A stretch of 64,000 nucleotides of DNA. It comes from Patescibacteria group bacterium (GTDB lineage Bacteria; Patescibacteriota; Microgenomatia; JAMCZE01). The stretch covers positions 405,200 through 469,199 of the forward strand of contig JAMCRP010000001.1 in NCBI GenBank assembly GCA_023380635.1, given 5' to 3'. Positions 20,470 through 30,712 of this stretch are shown here, one piece after another. The notes below the pieces were generated by a model, which saw only the letters and a list, made by a program, of their open reading frames with translations, had not been told where the DNA came from and did not search any database. The number at the start of each line of letters is the position of its first letter. Position 1 is the stretch's first letter. A program made the position numbers and the translations under genes.

Positions 20470-22230
20470 ATGGATCAAAAGCTCATCCGCAATTTTGCCA
20501 TTATTGCGCACATCGACCACGGAAAATCGACCCTGGCCGACCGATTTTTGGAACTGACCGGCACTGTTGACCGGCGAAATCTCGTGGAACAAACCCTCGA
20601 TACTCACCCGGTTTCCCGACAGCGCGGGATTACGATACGGCTTTCGCCTGTGACCATGAATTTCAAATTTCAAAATTCAAATTTCAAATTGAATTTGATT
20701 GACACTCCCGGCCATGTGGATTTTTCCTATGAAGTCGAGCGCAGTCTGGCTGCTTGCGAAGGGGCGATTTTATTAGTCGATGCCACTCAAGGCATTCAGG
20801 CTCAGACTCTTTCTCATTTTGATAAAGCCAAAAAATTAGGGTTAAAAATTATTCCGGCCATTAACAAAATCGACATGCCCAACACCCGGGTGGAAGAAAC
20901 TATTGCCGAGCTGGCTCAATTAGTCCAATTAGACAAATCCGCAATTTTTAAAATCTCTGCCAGAACCGGAGACGGAGTAAAAGCGTTATTGGAAGAAGTT
21001 ATCAAAAATGTTCCTCCGCCGGCCGGTAATCCTGATGGCCCTACCAAAACTCAGATCTTTTCTTCGCAATATAACCAACAGCGCGGCGTCGTGGCTTTCG
21101 TTAAAGTTCTGGAGGGAAAACTGACCGGCGAGGTCGGCCACTTCACTCCGTTCATGACCCCGGCCCCATATCTCTCTACAGGCGAAGTCGGTTACCTGTT
21201 AACCAACATTAAAGATCCGGAAAAAATCCACCTGTGGGAAGGCTACCAGCCGCCTAAACCCATGGTCTTCGTCAGTTTTTTTCCGGTTAATCAGGATGAA
21301 TTCAATTTACTTGAGGACGCTTTAAAAAAGCTGCGCCTCAACGACGCGGCCATTACTTTTTCCCCTACCAGTTCCAAAGCCTTGGGGCGAGGTTTTCGCT
21401 GCGGTTTCCTGGGTCATTTGCACGCTGAGGTCTCCCAGGAAAGATTAGAAACTGACTTTAATCTCTCAATTATTGCCACCGCTCCGACTGTAGAGTACAA
21501 GATTTTGGGTGACAGCGAGACGAATTCCTTAACTCCGAGCGGCCACCTCGGCGGAGCCGCGAGCCATGAGCCAGAAGCGAATAGCTCGTTTGCAGCGCAG
21601 GAAGTTAAGGATGGTCGAGCTGGCAGGACCCAAAATCTTTGGGCAGAGCCTTGGATCAAAGCAACAATTATTACGCCTCAGGCTTATGTCGGTGCAGTCA
21701 TTACCCTTTGTGAAGAACGCCGGGGAAAACTGATAAACATGGAGTACCACGGCACCGGGGTCACTTTATTTTACGAACTGCCCTTGGCGGAAATCATTAC
21801 CGATTTTTTTGACCAGTTAAAAAGCAAGTCATCAGGCTTTGCCAGTTTTGATTACGAATTCTGGGAATACCGGCCTTTTGACGCCGTACAACTGGTTATC
21901 CTGATTAATCATGAATCTATTGACGCTTTTTCTCAGATGATGGAAAAGACCCGGGCGGAAAAATTCGGAAAGAGAATCGTAGAAAAACTGGCGGAAATCA
22001 TTCCCCGCCAACAAATTCCTATTCCTATCCAGGCAAGTATTAATGGTCAGGTCGTCGCCCGGGCGGACATTAAGTCTTTCCGTAAAGATGTCACGGCGAA
22101 ATTATACGGCGGAGATGTTACCCGGCGGATGAAATTATTGGAAAAACAAAAAAAAGGCAAGGAAAAGATGAAGCAAATCGGTAAGGTCCAAATCCCGGGT
22201 GATACCTTCCTCAAGGTCTTCAAAACATGA
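20470..22230 (+). CDS. lepA: elongation factor 4 (LepA)
   Basis: AHIDHGKSTLADR, DTPGHVDFSYEV, GFRCGFLG, KDVTAKLYGGD..KLLEKQKKGK. Confidence 0.97.
   Translation: MDQKLIRNFAIIAHIDHGKSTLADRFLELTGTVDRRNLVEQTLDTHPVSRQRGITIRLSPVTMNFKFQNSNFKLNLIDTPGHVDFSYEVERSLAACEGAILLVDATQGIQAQTLSHFDKAKKLGLKIIPAINKIDMPNTRVEETIAELAQLVQLDKSAIFKISARTGDGVKALLEEVIKNVPPPAGNPDGPTKTQIFSSQYNQQRGVVAFVKVLEGKLTGEVGHFTPFMTPAPYLSTGEVGYLLTNIKDPEKIHLWEGYQPPKPMVFVSFFPVNQDEFNLLEDALKKLRLNDAAITFSPTSSKALGRGFRCGFLGHLHAEVSQERLETDFNLSIIATAPTVEYKILGDSETNSLTPSGHLGGAASHEPEANSSFAAQEVKDGRAGRTQNLWAEPWIKATIITPQAYVGAVITLCEERRGKLINMEYHGTGVTLFYELPLAEIITDFFDQLKSKSSGFASFDYEFWEYRPFDAVQLVILINHESIDAFSQMMEKTRAEKFGKRIVEKLAEIIPRQQIPIPIQASINGQVVARADIKSFRKDVTAKLYGGDVTRRMKLLEKQKKGKEKMKQIGKVQIPGDTFLKVFKT
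21499..21639. mobile_element. 141-bp palindromic MITE-like element, in frame within lepA
   Basis: Perfect 12-bp terminal inverted repeat AAGATTTTGGGT/ACCCAAAATCTT; inner IR TCCTTAACT/AGTTAAGGA; 47 codons. Confidence 0.75.
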
Positions 22231-22243
22231 TATTCTGAAAGCG

Positions 22244-24484
22244 ATGAAGATCGGTCTGGCCGTTCTTATTTTGCTGTTATTTGTTCTTGTTCCTAAACCC
22301 GTGCTGGCTGATGCCGATTTTTGTCCCGGTCCGGGAAATAATCTCATTGACAATATCAGCCCGCAGGTTCTGGAAAATTTGCATACCAACGCCGGCAGTC
22401 CCAACTGTTGGCTCACGGCTACTTTTCTTCTGCGCACCAACGACCTTTCCAGCCCCAATTTGAAAATTTTTTTCCAGAAAGCGGCGGAAAATAAAATCTT
22501 TCCCATCATCAGAATCGGCACGGAAAATAGCGGTTCTAAATGGCCGGCTTTTACCACCCAACTCGCCCAAACTGACGCGACTTATTTAAATCAGGCCGTG
22601 GCCGCCTCCGGTTTTCCCAAAGAGATTTATGTGGAAATGGGCAATGAAGTAAATGCCGCTGACGAATGGGGCGGTAATCCGAGTCCGGAAAGTTATGCCG
22701 CCACTTTTATTCCGTTTGCCGAAAATCTTTCCGCCGTGAAAATAATGCTGCCCCCTTTAATTCTTAACCCGGCGGCAGCTATCGACTACAACACCTATTA
22801 TCTGAAGCTCAAACAAGCTCTCGACCAGCAACTGTCACAAAAATTCAGCTGCAGTTTGGATATTGATCCTCTCGACCGGTGCCGTCAAAAGATTGACGAC
22901 TGGCTGGATACCAATATTTCCGCTTACGCCTTAAATCTTTATCCACCCCCGGGTGTTGAAGACACGGGACAAAAGACCGGCTATATTTTGGCGGACAAAG
23001 ACAAAGTCCTGAAGGCCTTGCAGGACACAGGCTTTAAAATTGACAGTAAAAAATTTCTCATTACAGAAATTGGTCTGGCCAACGGTGTCTATCCTCCACC
23101 GGCCGGAGAGCAAGCCTGTCATTTTTATCAGGCCATTTTAAATTCCAGCCAGGGAAACAACTTCCTGGCGGCCACTATCTACTCGCGTGATGACCGACTG
23201 CGGGTTCACGCGTACTACTATCCCACCGGCGCTTGTTCTTCCAGTACCGAGTATGACAAAGGCAACGAAAAAAGCGTCATTAATCTTGGCGGCTCAGTTA
23301 CTTATGGTTCCGGTAGTGGCTACCCACAGGATACCAGCATTGTTTATCCTCCTTTGGGTTCTTTAGAGCAATGTCCGGATGCTACCAAGGCCCAAACCAC
23401 TCAAACCTGTTCGCCGACCAACCAACCGGGCAACATTTGTAATTCCGAATGCAGTCCGCCGCTGGAAATTGACCAGAATCTGCAACTTTCCGATACCGGC
23501 AGTTGTTTGACTAACGGCTCAGGCACCTGCTACGCCCAAATTAAAATCCAGGACAATAAGATTCCGGTGCCGGGACAAATCCAGCAGTTGGGCGATTATT
23601 TTGAAAGATTGGTGCCCTATTTTACTTCTCCGACCCAGCAAAACGACTTGCGCTGTAAATTCATTAAATATGTCAAGGACAATCCCAATTCCAAATATAA
23701 AGATCTGAAAATCGACGGGAAACTGGTTTCATCTCTGCCTTGCGATCCGACCCTTGCCGGCTGGTCCCAAATCCCGCTTGTCCCCAATGACGATTCTCTG
23801 GGCAAGATCGAATTTGTCAGTCCCAGTCTGGCCACTGTTCAGCCCGTCACCGTTTCCCTGCCGGAAATCCAACGACTGAACCTCTCCACTAAAATTTTGC
23901 AGCAAGCTCTGGTGCCAACCCAAACCTATCAACCTAAAACCTACGGCAAAGCTATTACTTTAAATTTGGAAAACAACGCCTGTAATCCGACGCCGACCTG
24001 GGAAAATCTTTACGGCGCCGATCTGGATCGGGGCGTCAGCTGTAACTTCGGCAATTTAAAACCGCTGGCCGGGCAAGATAATCTTTCCGGTTGCGTTCTT
24101 TTGCCAGACGGCACTTTGGAATGTCAGCGCAACGAAGCCGGAGGGACTCCGGGTTATCGTCAGGTGGCCGGAGCCCAAGCCACCGTTCAGATCCGCACCG
24201 TTTTCCCCCATCTTTTTGAAGCTTCTGAACAGTCTATTTCCTTCATGCAGGGCTTTTTGCAGCTCTTCCGCCCCGAAGAAGTGGAAAAGTTTAAAGAAGC
24301 CTACACTCCGATTCCGGCTGCGGTCGACGGCGTCAAGTATGAATTAACAGGAAGCTCCGGCCTGGCGATTAATGACGCCGGCCACAAACAAAATGGCTGG
24401 CAGCTGTTTTTCTATAACCTTGGCGGCATCTGGAACGCCCGCAATTTTGTCTTCCAAACTCTCGGTCTGCCGGTTAGCAAGTAG
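22244..24484 (+). CDS. secreted Cys-rich protein with putative clan GH-A glycoside hydrolase domain
   Basis: Signal peptide MKIGLAVLILLLFVL; EMGNEVN and LITEIG Glu motifs; start moved from 22199. Confidence 0.65.
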   Translation: MKIGLAVLILLLFVLVPKPVLADADFCPGPGNNLIDNISPQVLENLHTNAGSPNCWLTATFLLRTNDLSSPNLKIFFQKAAENKIFPIIRIGTENSGSKWPAFTTQLAQTDATYLNQAVAASGFPKEIYVEMGNEVNAADEWGGNPSPESYAATFIPFAENLSAVKIMLPPLILNPAAAIDYNTYYLKLKQALDQQLSQKFSCSLDIDPLDRCRQKIDDWLDTNISAYALNLYPPPGVEDTGQKTGYILADKDKVLKALQDTGFKIDSKKFLITEIGLANGVYPPPAGEQACHFYQAILNSSQGNNFLAATIYSRDDRLRVHAYYYPTGACSSSTEYDKGNEKSVINLGGSVTYGSGSGYPQDTSIVYPPLGSLEQCPDATKAQTTQTCSPTNQPGNICNSECSPPLEIDQNLQLSDTGSCLTNGSGTCYAQIKIQDNKIPVPGQIQQLGDYFERLVPYFTSPTQQNDLRCKFIKYVKDNPNSKYKDLKIDGKLVSSLPCDPTLAGWSQIPLVPNDDSLGKIEFVSPSLATVQPVTVSLPEIQRLNLSTKILQQALVPTQTYQPKTYGKAITLNLENNACNPTPTWENLYGADLDRGVSCNFGNLKPLAGQDNLSGCVLLPDGTLECQRNEAGGTPGYRQVAGAQATVQIRTVFPHLFEASEQSISFMQGFLQLFRPEEVEKFKEAYTPIPAAVDGVKYELTGSSGLAINDAGHKQNGWQLFFYNLGGIWNARNFVFQTLGLPVSK

Positions 24485-24503
24485 ATATGATATTCTGAAA
24501 ATA

Positions 24504-25283
24504 ATGAAGAAAATTGTCGGGCTTTTAATTTTTTTCTTAATCATCTTCGCCAAACCGGCCTTGGCTGTTGATACCTGCGACGCAACCCAATACAATAAGA
24601 GCGCAAGCCATCTTGTAGAATGGTTCAAAACCGAAACTCCAAAAAGCTGCCCGTCTGATGAGTGTCTAAACAGCCGTTCAGACCAATTAACCAAAGTGGT
24701 TTTAGAATGCTGGCCAAAAGGGTCGACAACCCAATCACCAGAGTGTTGGCCAGGATGTACAATATTAAATCCCGCAATTCACGCTTCACTTCTGCTTCCA
24801 GGAGTAGGAGGACAAGCATGGCATTGTTACCAAAGTGCAGCAATCCCCGGCTCCATTAATCTGCCGCTGGCAGAGTGTCCCAAGACTAATTGTGGTAGCG
24901 ATGGGCTTTACCAGTATGATAAAAAAAGCGATACCTGCGTTCGAAGGGTAAATACCCCCTGGGACTTGAATACCACTACTTGCCCCGGCGGCGATGTCGG
25001 TGTTGCCACCGCCATTGGCTGCATTCCCACTGGAAACATGGTCGGACCGAGTGGTTTCTTAAGCTTCATTTTGAAATTTGCCCTGGGCATTTCCGGGGCG
25101 GTCATTTTGTTTATGATTATTATGTCCGGCTACACTCTTCTCACTTCCGGCGGCAATCCGGAAAAACTCCAGGTGGTCAAAGAAAACCTGGTCGCGATTT
25201 TTACCGGGCTTCTTATGATTGCTTTCTCCCTGATTTTATTGCAAACTATTGGCGCAGACATTTTGCGCCTGCCGACTTTCTAA
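24504..25283 (+). CDS. VirB2/TrbC-like pilin with Cys-rich N-terminal domain
   Basis: Signal peptide, Cys-rich region, TAIGCIP, two TMs around TSGGNPEK..KE. Confidence 0.8.
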   Translation: MKKIVGLLIFFLIIFAKPALAVDTCDATQYNKSASHLVEWFKTETPKSCPSDECLNSRSDQLTKVVLECWPKGSTTQSPECWPGCTILNPAIHASLLLPGVGGQAWHCYQSAAIPGSINLPLAECPKTNCGSDGLYQYDKKSDTCVRRVNTPWDLNTTTCPGGDVGVATAIGCIPTGNMVGPSGFLSFILKFALGISGAVILFMIIMSGYTLLTSGGNPEKLQVVKENLVAIFTGLLMIAFSLILLQTIGADILRLPTF

Positions 25284-25285
25284 AC

Positions 25286-25690
25286 ATGACCGGAAAAATT
25301 TTGGCTGCGATACCAGAAGACACCGGAGGGGTGCCTTTTACTAATCCTCGGGGCTGGCTGGGCACCCTCGACCCGGGCAACGGCTGGCCCAAAGCCCAGG
25401 GTATTGATTTTTTTACCAAGCAACTCATTCCTTTTCTCATTTCCGGCGCTCTGTTTATTGTTTTTGTTCTGTCACTGATATTTTTAGTCTGGGGCGGTAT
25501 TATGTGGATTACCTCTGGGGGGAACAAGGAGGGCGCCGCCAAAGCCAAAGCCACAATCACTTACGCTTTAGTGGGGTTAATCATTGCTATTTTGGCTTTT
25601 CTCGCCCTGAACATTATTGGGCAATTTTTTGGAGTTAATTTATTAGGTGACCAACCGCCAAGATGTGTTGGGAGCTATTGTAATCTTTAA
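25286..25690 (+). CDS. VirB2/TrbC-like pilin
   Basis: GGIMWITSGGNKEGAAKAKATITYALVG; start MTGKILAA. Confidence 0.85.
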   Translation: MTGKILAAIPEDTGGVPFTNPRGWLGTLDPGNGWPKAQGIDFFTKQLIPFLISGALFIVFVLSLIFLVWGGIMWITSGGNKEGAAKAKATITYALVGLIIAILAFLALNIIGQFFGVNLLGDQPPRCVGSYCNL

Positions 25691-25699
25691 CCCTGACTC

Positions 25700-25751
25700 T
25701 TGACTTGTCCGTGAAAAAGCCTGTATTCTTAATCTATAAACGGGGGAGGTG
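25700..25751 (+). promoter_or_regulatory. sigma70 promoter and strong Shine-Dalgarno of probable major pilin
   Basis: TTGACT-18-TATTCT; GGAGGTG 5 nt before the ATG at 25757. Confidence 0.6.
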
Positions 25752-25756
25752 AAAAC

Positions 25757-26200
25757 ATGAAGAAAAATTTAGTTAAATTTGGAGTTGGAGCAGGAGCCGC
25801 TCTGACCACCCTTTATTGGGGGGTTTTACCGGCGTTGGCCGACACAGTGGGCCTTTGCCCGACTCAAGCTCCCTTTCCGCCCGGATGTGACAACGGAAAA
25901 GCCACTGCAATTAGCGTCGGATCGATTATTTCGTCAGTTTTAAATCTTTTGCTGTTTGTCGCTTTCGTGGCCGCTTTGATTTTCCTGATTATCGGCGGTA
26001 TTAAATGGATCCTAAGCGGCGGCGATAAAGAAGGTACCAGCAAAGCCAAGGAAACAGTCACTTCTGCTTTAATTGGTTTGGCTGTGGTTCTCGCTGCCTG
26101 GATTTTGATTAACATTTTGCTAAGTTTCTTTGGGGTGAGCAGCGGATTAACTGGCCTGACTGTACCAACACTGAATGTTGGCACGGGCACAACTCACTAA
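25757..26200 (+). CDS. VirB2/TrbC-like pilin (probable major subunit)
   Basis: Signal peptide ending ALA; GGIKWILSGGDKEGTSKAKETVTSALIG; own promoter, SD and terminator. Confidence 0.88.
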   Translation: MKKNLVKFGVGAGAALTTLYWGVLPALADTVGLCPTQAPFPPGCDNGKATAISVGSIISSVLNLLLFVAFVAALIFLIIGGIKWILSGGDKEGTSKAKETVTSALIGLAVVLAAWILINILLSFFGVSSGLTGLTVPTLNVGTGTTH

Positions 26201-26219
26201 TTTTGATTATGGGAATATC

Positions 26220-26246
26220 TAACCCGCCCGATTAAGGGCGGGTTTT
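26220..26246 (+). terminator. rho-independent terminator
   Basis: AACCCGCCC-GATTAA-GGGCGGGTT followed by TT. Confidence 0.75.
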
Positions 26247-26272
26247 GCGTGGAAATATGCTAGAATAAATTC

Positions 26273-26611
26273 ATGAAAGAGGATTTGAGTCAAGGTTGTA
26301 TATTTACCGGCCAGAGTGTAGGTTCGAACGATATCCCCTCACTTGGTTGTCTGGCTCAAGTCATTGTCAGTGTCATTAACTGGGCTTTCGTTTTTCTCGG
26401 CGCCGTGACCTTACTCATGCTCCTTTGGGGTGCCATCCGTTTTGTCACTTCCGGCGGTGATCCAAAAGCCGTCCAAGGAGCCCAAAAAACCATTACCTAC
26501 GCAATCGTCGGTATTATCGTTGTTCTGGGCGCTTATGTGATCGTCAGCGTGATCACTACCGCCCTCGGTCTTCCTAACCCGCTTCAAAATTTCCGTCTCT
26601 ACCAGCCTTGA
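26273..26611 (+). CDS. VirB2/TrbC-like pilin
   Basis: GAIRFVTSGGDPKAVQGAQKTITYAIVG. Confidence 0.85.
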   Translation: MKEDLSQGCIFTGQSVGSNDIPSLGCLAQVIVSVINWAFVFLGAVTLLMLLWGAIRFVTSGGDPKAVQGAQKTITYAIVGIIVVLGAYVIVSVITTALGLPNPLQNFRLYQP

Positions 26612-26643
26612 CTTAATCCTTCAAAAATGCCATTCTGAATGTA

Positions 26644-28275
26644 ATGAAAAAGGCCGTTTTTTTTGGCCTGGCTTTAGCAGTTTTATTTTTGACCCCAAAA
26701 CCAGCCCTAGCCAAGACTGCGCCCAGGTCGGGCAGCTGTTCCACAACTTCATATAATTGTATTGCCGGTACCACTGTAGGAAGCAGCACTTGCAACTGCG
26801 ACGCCACCGGTTCCAATTGTTCTTGGTCCAGTGGAACACCTACAGATACTGATGCTCAAAACAATTCGGGTTGTACCGCCACATCAAATTTATATCCAGG
26901 GAGTTACACCTTTTTTAATCCCACTCCCCAGTCTTTTTCTAACGACCTCTATGGTCAAGCCGGAGCCGATGCCGGAACGGAAATAAACAGCTCAAGATGG
27001 GTAAAGATGGTGGCGTCGGATATTGGCCTTTCTATTGCTGCCGATGCCATTGGCTTGCCCGGCCAACCGAACTCCGTTCAAGCTAGTGCTGTAGGTTTTT
27101 TAGCCCGGGGCATTGATACTTTGGCTTTTAATCCGCCGGCTTCATCGATCCAGTATCTGGCGTACATGGGACGGGAGTTCCATGTACCCGGCACCCCGGA
27201 AACCGCTTACGCCGCGGATAATATCGGCGGCGTGGGTTTCAGCCAACTTAGTCCCATTCTCCAGCTTTGGACTATCGCCCGTAATCTTGCCTATCTGGTC
27301 TTTGCCATCATTTTCGTAATTATCGGTTTAATGATTATGCTGCGGGTTAAAATTGATCCCAAAACCGCTGCTACCATTCAAAATTCCCTGCCAAAAATTG
27401 TCATTGCTCTGGTTTTGGTGACTTTCTCCTACGCCATTGCCGGATTTTTGATCGATATCATGTATGTGTTCCTGGCCTTAATTGTAACTTTAATGAGTCC
27501 GGTTGCCGGCGGTAAGGATATTTTGGAAAACCTTCTTAGCGGTAGCATTTTCAACTATGTAGCCAATGGCCAATTCATGGATGTTTCTACCAGTGCCGCA
27601 GCAGCAGTCGGAAACATTGTTAACGGAATCGTTACTGGCATAAGAGGGGGTAATTCCGTACAAGGCTCTGTTTTAGGACTAGTAACCTCAGGACTTGCCT
27701 TCTTAGTTGTTGCTATTGCCATTTTGGTCGCCCTTTTCCGCACCTGGCTATCCTTGATCGGGGCTTATGCCAATATTATTCTGGCCATTATTGGTTCGCC
27801 CTTAATGCTTATGATGGACGCTATTCCCGGTCAAAACCAGTTTAGTGCGTGGCTTCGGAATATGCTCTCCAACCTCCTGGCTTTTCCAGTAGTTTTTGTC
27901 ATGCTAACCATCGGCTCAGCAATCACGACTAATTTAGGGAGCGGCACGGGTAACGTCGGCACCTCAGGAGGCTTTGTTCCGCCCCTTCTCGGCGCCGGGA
28001 ATATGGAAGCAGCTTCCAGTCTTATCGGATTAGGCATCCTTTTAACTATTCCCAAAGCTGTCAATATTGTCCAGGAAATGCTTAAAACCCCGCCGTTTAA
28101 GTATGGCAACGCCTGGCAAGAGTCTCTGACTGCAGGAGCTACCGGTGCTCAGTTTGCTGGCCGAGGAGCCTTGGAACTTGGTAATGCCGAAATTTTGCCT
28201 GGAGCAAGAGAAGGAGCCAGGAGAAGAGGAATTGTACCGGTAGCTACAGGTTGGATAAGGTCTCAGTTTAGTTAG
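26644..28275 (+). CDS. VirB6/TrbL-like polytopic membrane protein
   Basis: Signal peptide, Cys-rich N-terminus, W..ARNLAY, LPKIVIALVLVTFSYAIAGFLID, multiple TMs; next to pilins. Confidence 0.7.
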   Translation: MKKAVFFGLALAVLFLTPKPALAKTAPRSGSCSTTSYNCIAGTTVGSSTCNCDATGSNCSWSSGTPTDTDAQNNSGCTATSNLYPGSYTFFNPTPQSFSNDLYGQAGADAGTEINSSRWVKMVASDIGLSIAADAIGLPGQPNSVQASAVGFLARGIDTLAFNPPASSIQYLAYMGREFHVPGTPETAYAADNIGGVGFSQLSPILQLWTIARNLAYLVFAIIFVIIGLMIMLRVKIDPKTAATIQNSLPKIVIALVLVTFSYAIAGFLIDIMYVFLALIVTLMSPVAGGKDILENLLSGSIFNYVANGQFMDVSTSAAAAVGNIVNGIVTGIRGGNSVQGSVLGLVTSGLAFLVVAIAILVALFRTWLSLIGAYANIILAIIGSPLMLMMDAIPGQNQFSAWLRNMLSNLLAFPVVFVMLTIGSAITTNLGSGTGNVGTSGGFVPPLLGAGNMEAASSLIGLGILLTIPKAVNIVQEMLKTPPFKYGNAWQESLTAGATGAQFAGRGALELGNAEILPGAREGARRRGIVPVATGWIRSQFS

Positions 28276-28277
28276 CC

Positions 28278-29879
28278 TTACCTTTTTCCGCCGCCAAATT
28301 TGATGCCGGTAATCGTGCCGGCTACACCCAAGACATCTTGAAGGGCTCTACTGCCCCAGCCTTTTGCAGCATTCTGGGCAAAATACGAGATAACATCGCC
28401 TCGTATATTCTTTGGTATTTCGATTCCATACATATTTCTGATTTCCTGGAAAAATGCCCTGGAATCGCCGGGTTTGAGAAGTTTTCCAGCCGGCCGCATA
28501 TACTCAGCCATGGTCGATTCCAAAAGAACTATTCCTCCCAGAGTGCTTCTCTTGGCGTTTTCTTTAAGTCGGCCGGTATATTGTAGAGTTACCCGGGCAT
28601 AGTTATCCACCGATTTGAGAGCGGCACCAACCTTGCCAAAATCGCCCAAAGCAGCAATGAAACCCTCCGTCGCTGCCTGGCCCCGCTCTAAGGCTTTAAA
28701 ATAACTTTTTAAACCAATCTTTCGCCCCTCATTGTCGCGCATTTCCTCATCCCGAGCTCCAGCATCAACCAGAGACCAGAGCGCAGGCGGCGCTCCGGCA
28801 GGACGGGATACTGGTACTGCTGAACGGGAGTCAATTTCCTTTTTTGCATAAGACGGTAGATCAAACGCCTCAGAATAGCGCCGCAGCGCTGGCATCATCG
28901 CCTCAGTAATCATTTCTCCACGAACATAGAGAGCATATCGATGGGGGTACATTATGTTCGCCACGGGATCATTTGTTGTCCAGGCGCCAAATTCAATTGT
29001 GTTTTCATCCCAATGTCCGGTCCTCGTATTTATCCGGTTCCAATAGCCCACATAACCTAAGATCTGAGCCAGTTGTAGCGTCATCGCAAATTGATATTCC
29101 GGAATAATCGTGTCCCAGCTGTTGACCCAAGCTGTTCTGGCTGGTCGCCCGGCAAACATCGCTTTCGAAGTCGCCAGCCATCTGGCCTCAATCTCAAAGC
29201 GGTCATCGGGGGCACCGCCATTGGCAATCATAGCAGCGAAAGCTTCTTCTTGCCATTGTTTCGCGTTAGTATCCAAAAAACGGAAAGATTGCTGAACTCC
29301 TCTGGAAAAATAAATTATTTGCGCCAGCTCATCCTCCTTGAACCAGTCTTTGTCCTCCGAACCGGCAGTTACTGCCTTAATGAATTCTCCGGCGTTACCG
29401 TTTGACTGCAGAAAAGCATTATCCAGATTATGTAATTTATGCAAACCTCGGGCTAACCCCAAAATATCCAGATAATCTTGTTCTGACAAGGTCCAAGGCC
29501 GCACTCCGGTTCGAGCCAACTGAGCCCTTTTCTCTAGTTCCTGTGACACTCGAGTGCCGATTCCCTCTGTCAATTTTCCCCGGTTCTCATAAACCGAGCC
29601 GTAAATCATCAAGACCCAGTTAGAAATATCGCGTAAATTGTTTCCTACGGCTTCGGCAGAAAAAATCTTTTCTCCAGTTAAGCCGGTGTCTCGGGGAGGA
29701 AAACCCGCTGCAGTAATCATAGAAGGCATATTTTTAGCCGGTATATCCGGCGGCGTTGCTACACCAATGTAGCTCATCCAATCCGGAGTTTTAGCAGCTA
29801 GGGCATTAAAAACATCTTCTTCCGTTTGTGGTACCGAAGCCCCGAGTCCTGATAAAATTTCGCCAGAAATGCTTGGCAT
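28278..29879 (-). CDS. hypothetical protein
   Basis: 533-aa ORF, no recognised motif; 9 nt downstream of the 243-aa gene. Confidence 0.8.
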   Translation of the reverse strand: MPSISGEILSGLGASVPQTEEDVFNALAAKTPDWMSYIGVATPPDIPAKNMPSMITAAGFPPRDTGLTGEKIFSAEAVGNNLRDISNWVLMIYGSVYENRGKLTEGIGTRVSQELEKRAQLARTGVRPWTLSEQDYLDILGLARGLHKLHNLDNAFLQSNGNAGEFIKAVTAGSEDKDWFKEDELAQIIYFSRGVQQSFRFLDTNAKQWQEEAFAAMIANGGAPDDRFEIEARWLATSKAMFAGRPARTAWVNSWDTIIPEYQFAMTLQLAQILGYVGYWNRINTRTGHWDENTIEFGAWTTNDPVANIMYPHRYALYVRGEMITEAMMPALRRYSEAFDLPSYAKKEIDSRSAVPVSRPAGAPPALWSLVDAGARDEEMRDNEGRKIGLKSYFKALERGQAATEGFIAALGDFGKVGAALKSVDNYARVTLQYTGRLKENAKRSTLGGIVLLESTMAEYMRPAGKLLKPGDSRAFFQEIRNMYGIEIPKNIRGDVISYFAQNAAKGWGSRALQDVLGVAGTITGIKFGGGKR

Positions 29880-29888
29880 AAGAGCATT

Positions 29889-30620
29889 TTAACACACGCC
29901 TAGATAAATCTCTCCACAGTGTTTACACCGGTAGCCTTTGGTAATCCAATCATTAATTTCTTTTCCGCAGATTCCACAGGCGCGGGCAAAAACTTGGATT
30001 TTTCCATCGGGTCCGATCCGCTTCTGGGTAACTTCGACTGCCTTTGGGCAAGCTTTATCAATGTCTACCCCCTCTTTTTTCAAAAAATAAGCCTTTGGGT
30101 CATTTTGATGCTGAATCTCTTCAACTTCCTGATTAAACTTTATTTCCGCCTGGTCGTTTCGGATACTTTCCCAGATAACCGACATGGGAATAACCTCTTC
30201 AAGTATCTTCGGGTCCGGCAAAAAATAATAGCCCTCACGGGAAAATCCGGCTAAGGAAGTTATAAACGAGGCAAAATCCCGGCCGGAAAAGGTCTGGCCA
30301 GTAATGTCATATTCTACAATCTGATTTCCTTCTCTTATCGCCACCAAAATTTTTCCCCGGTTATAAAAACTATCCGGAGGGCTCAGCCAAACCCCGGTCC
30401 CCGAATTTTTTTGCAATTCGTTAAGCATGGCCAAATTAACTTGGGTTTCCCGCTCTTCCCGATGGTTGTGGGCCGCAAAAGTTTGTTCAATCCTTTTTCC
30501 GGAAAGCGGGTCAACAATTCCCAAATTGGTGAGATTTAGTCTAATAACCGAGGTGTTTAAACCGGGAAGAAGCTCATTTTTAGCAGAGACGGCGTTAACG
30601 GCTTCAAGACGGGAAATCAT
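29889..30620 (-). CDS. hypothetical protein with C-terminal Zn-ribbon
   Basis: CGIC-x13-CKHC...C at the C-terminus. Confidence 0.8.
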   Translation of the reverse strand: MISRLEAVNAVSAKNELLPGLNTSVIRLNLTNLGIVDPLSGKRIEQTFAAHNHREERETQVNLAMLNELQKNSGTGVWLSPPDSFYNRGKILVAIREGNQIVEYDITGQTFSGRDFASFITSLAGFSREGYYFLPDPKILEEVIPMSVIWESIRNDQAEIKFNQEVEEIQHQNDPKAYFLKKEGVDIDKACPKAVEVTQKRIGPDGKIQVFARACGICGKEINDWITKGYRCKHCGEIYLGVC

Positions 30621-30712
30621 ATCTTGCTCGAGACGGGCAGATTGCTAGTTTTCCGGCTTTAACGGTTGCGGCACAGCGTCGGAGTTACACCGACTTCCTT
30701 AAACACAATCCA
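30621..30712 (-). promoter_or_regulatory. cobalamin riboswitch (compact class II / AdoCbl-variant type)
   Basis: Minus strand reads AAGGAA-GTCGG-TGTAACT-CCGAC-GCTGTGCCGCAACCGT-TAAAGCCGGAAAAC; closing stem GATTG/CAATC; hairpin GTCT-CGAGCA-AGAT abuts the ATG. Confidence 0.8.

Noticed and set aside
21499-21639. LepA insert as an intein or self-splicing intron
   Set aside because: It is too short, has no Cys/Ser start with His-Asn end, and shows no group I/II core.
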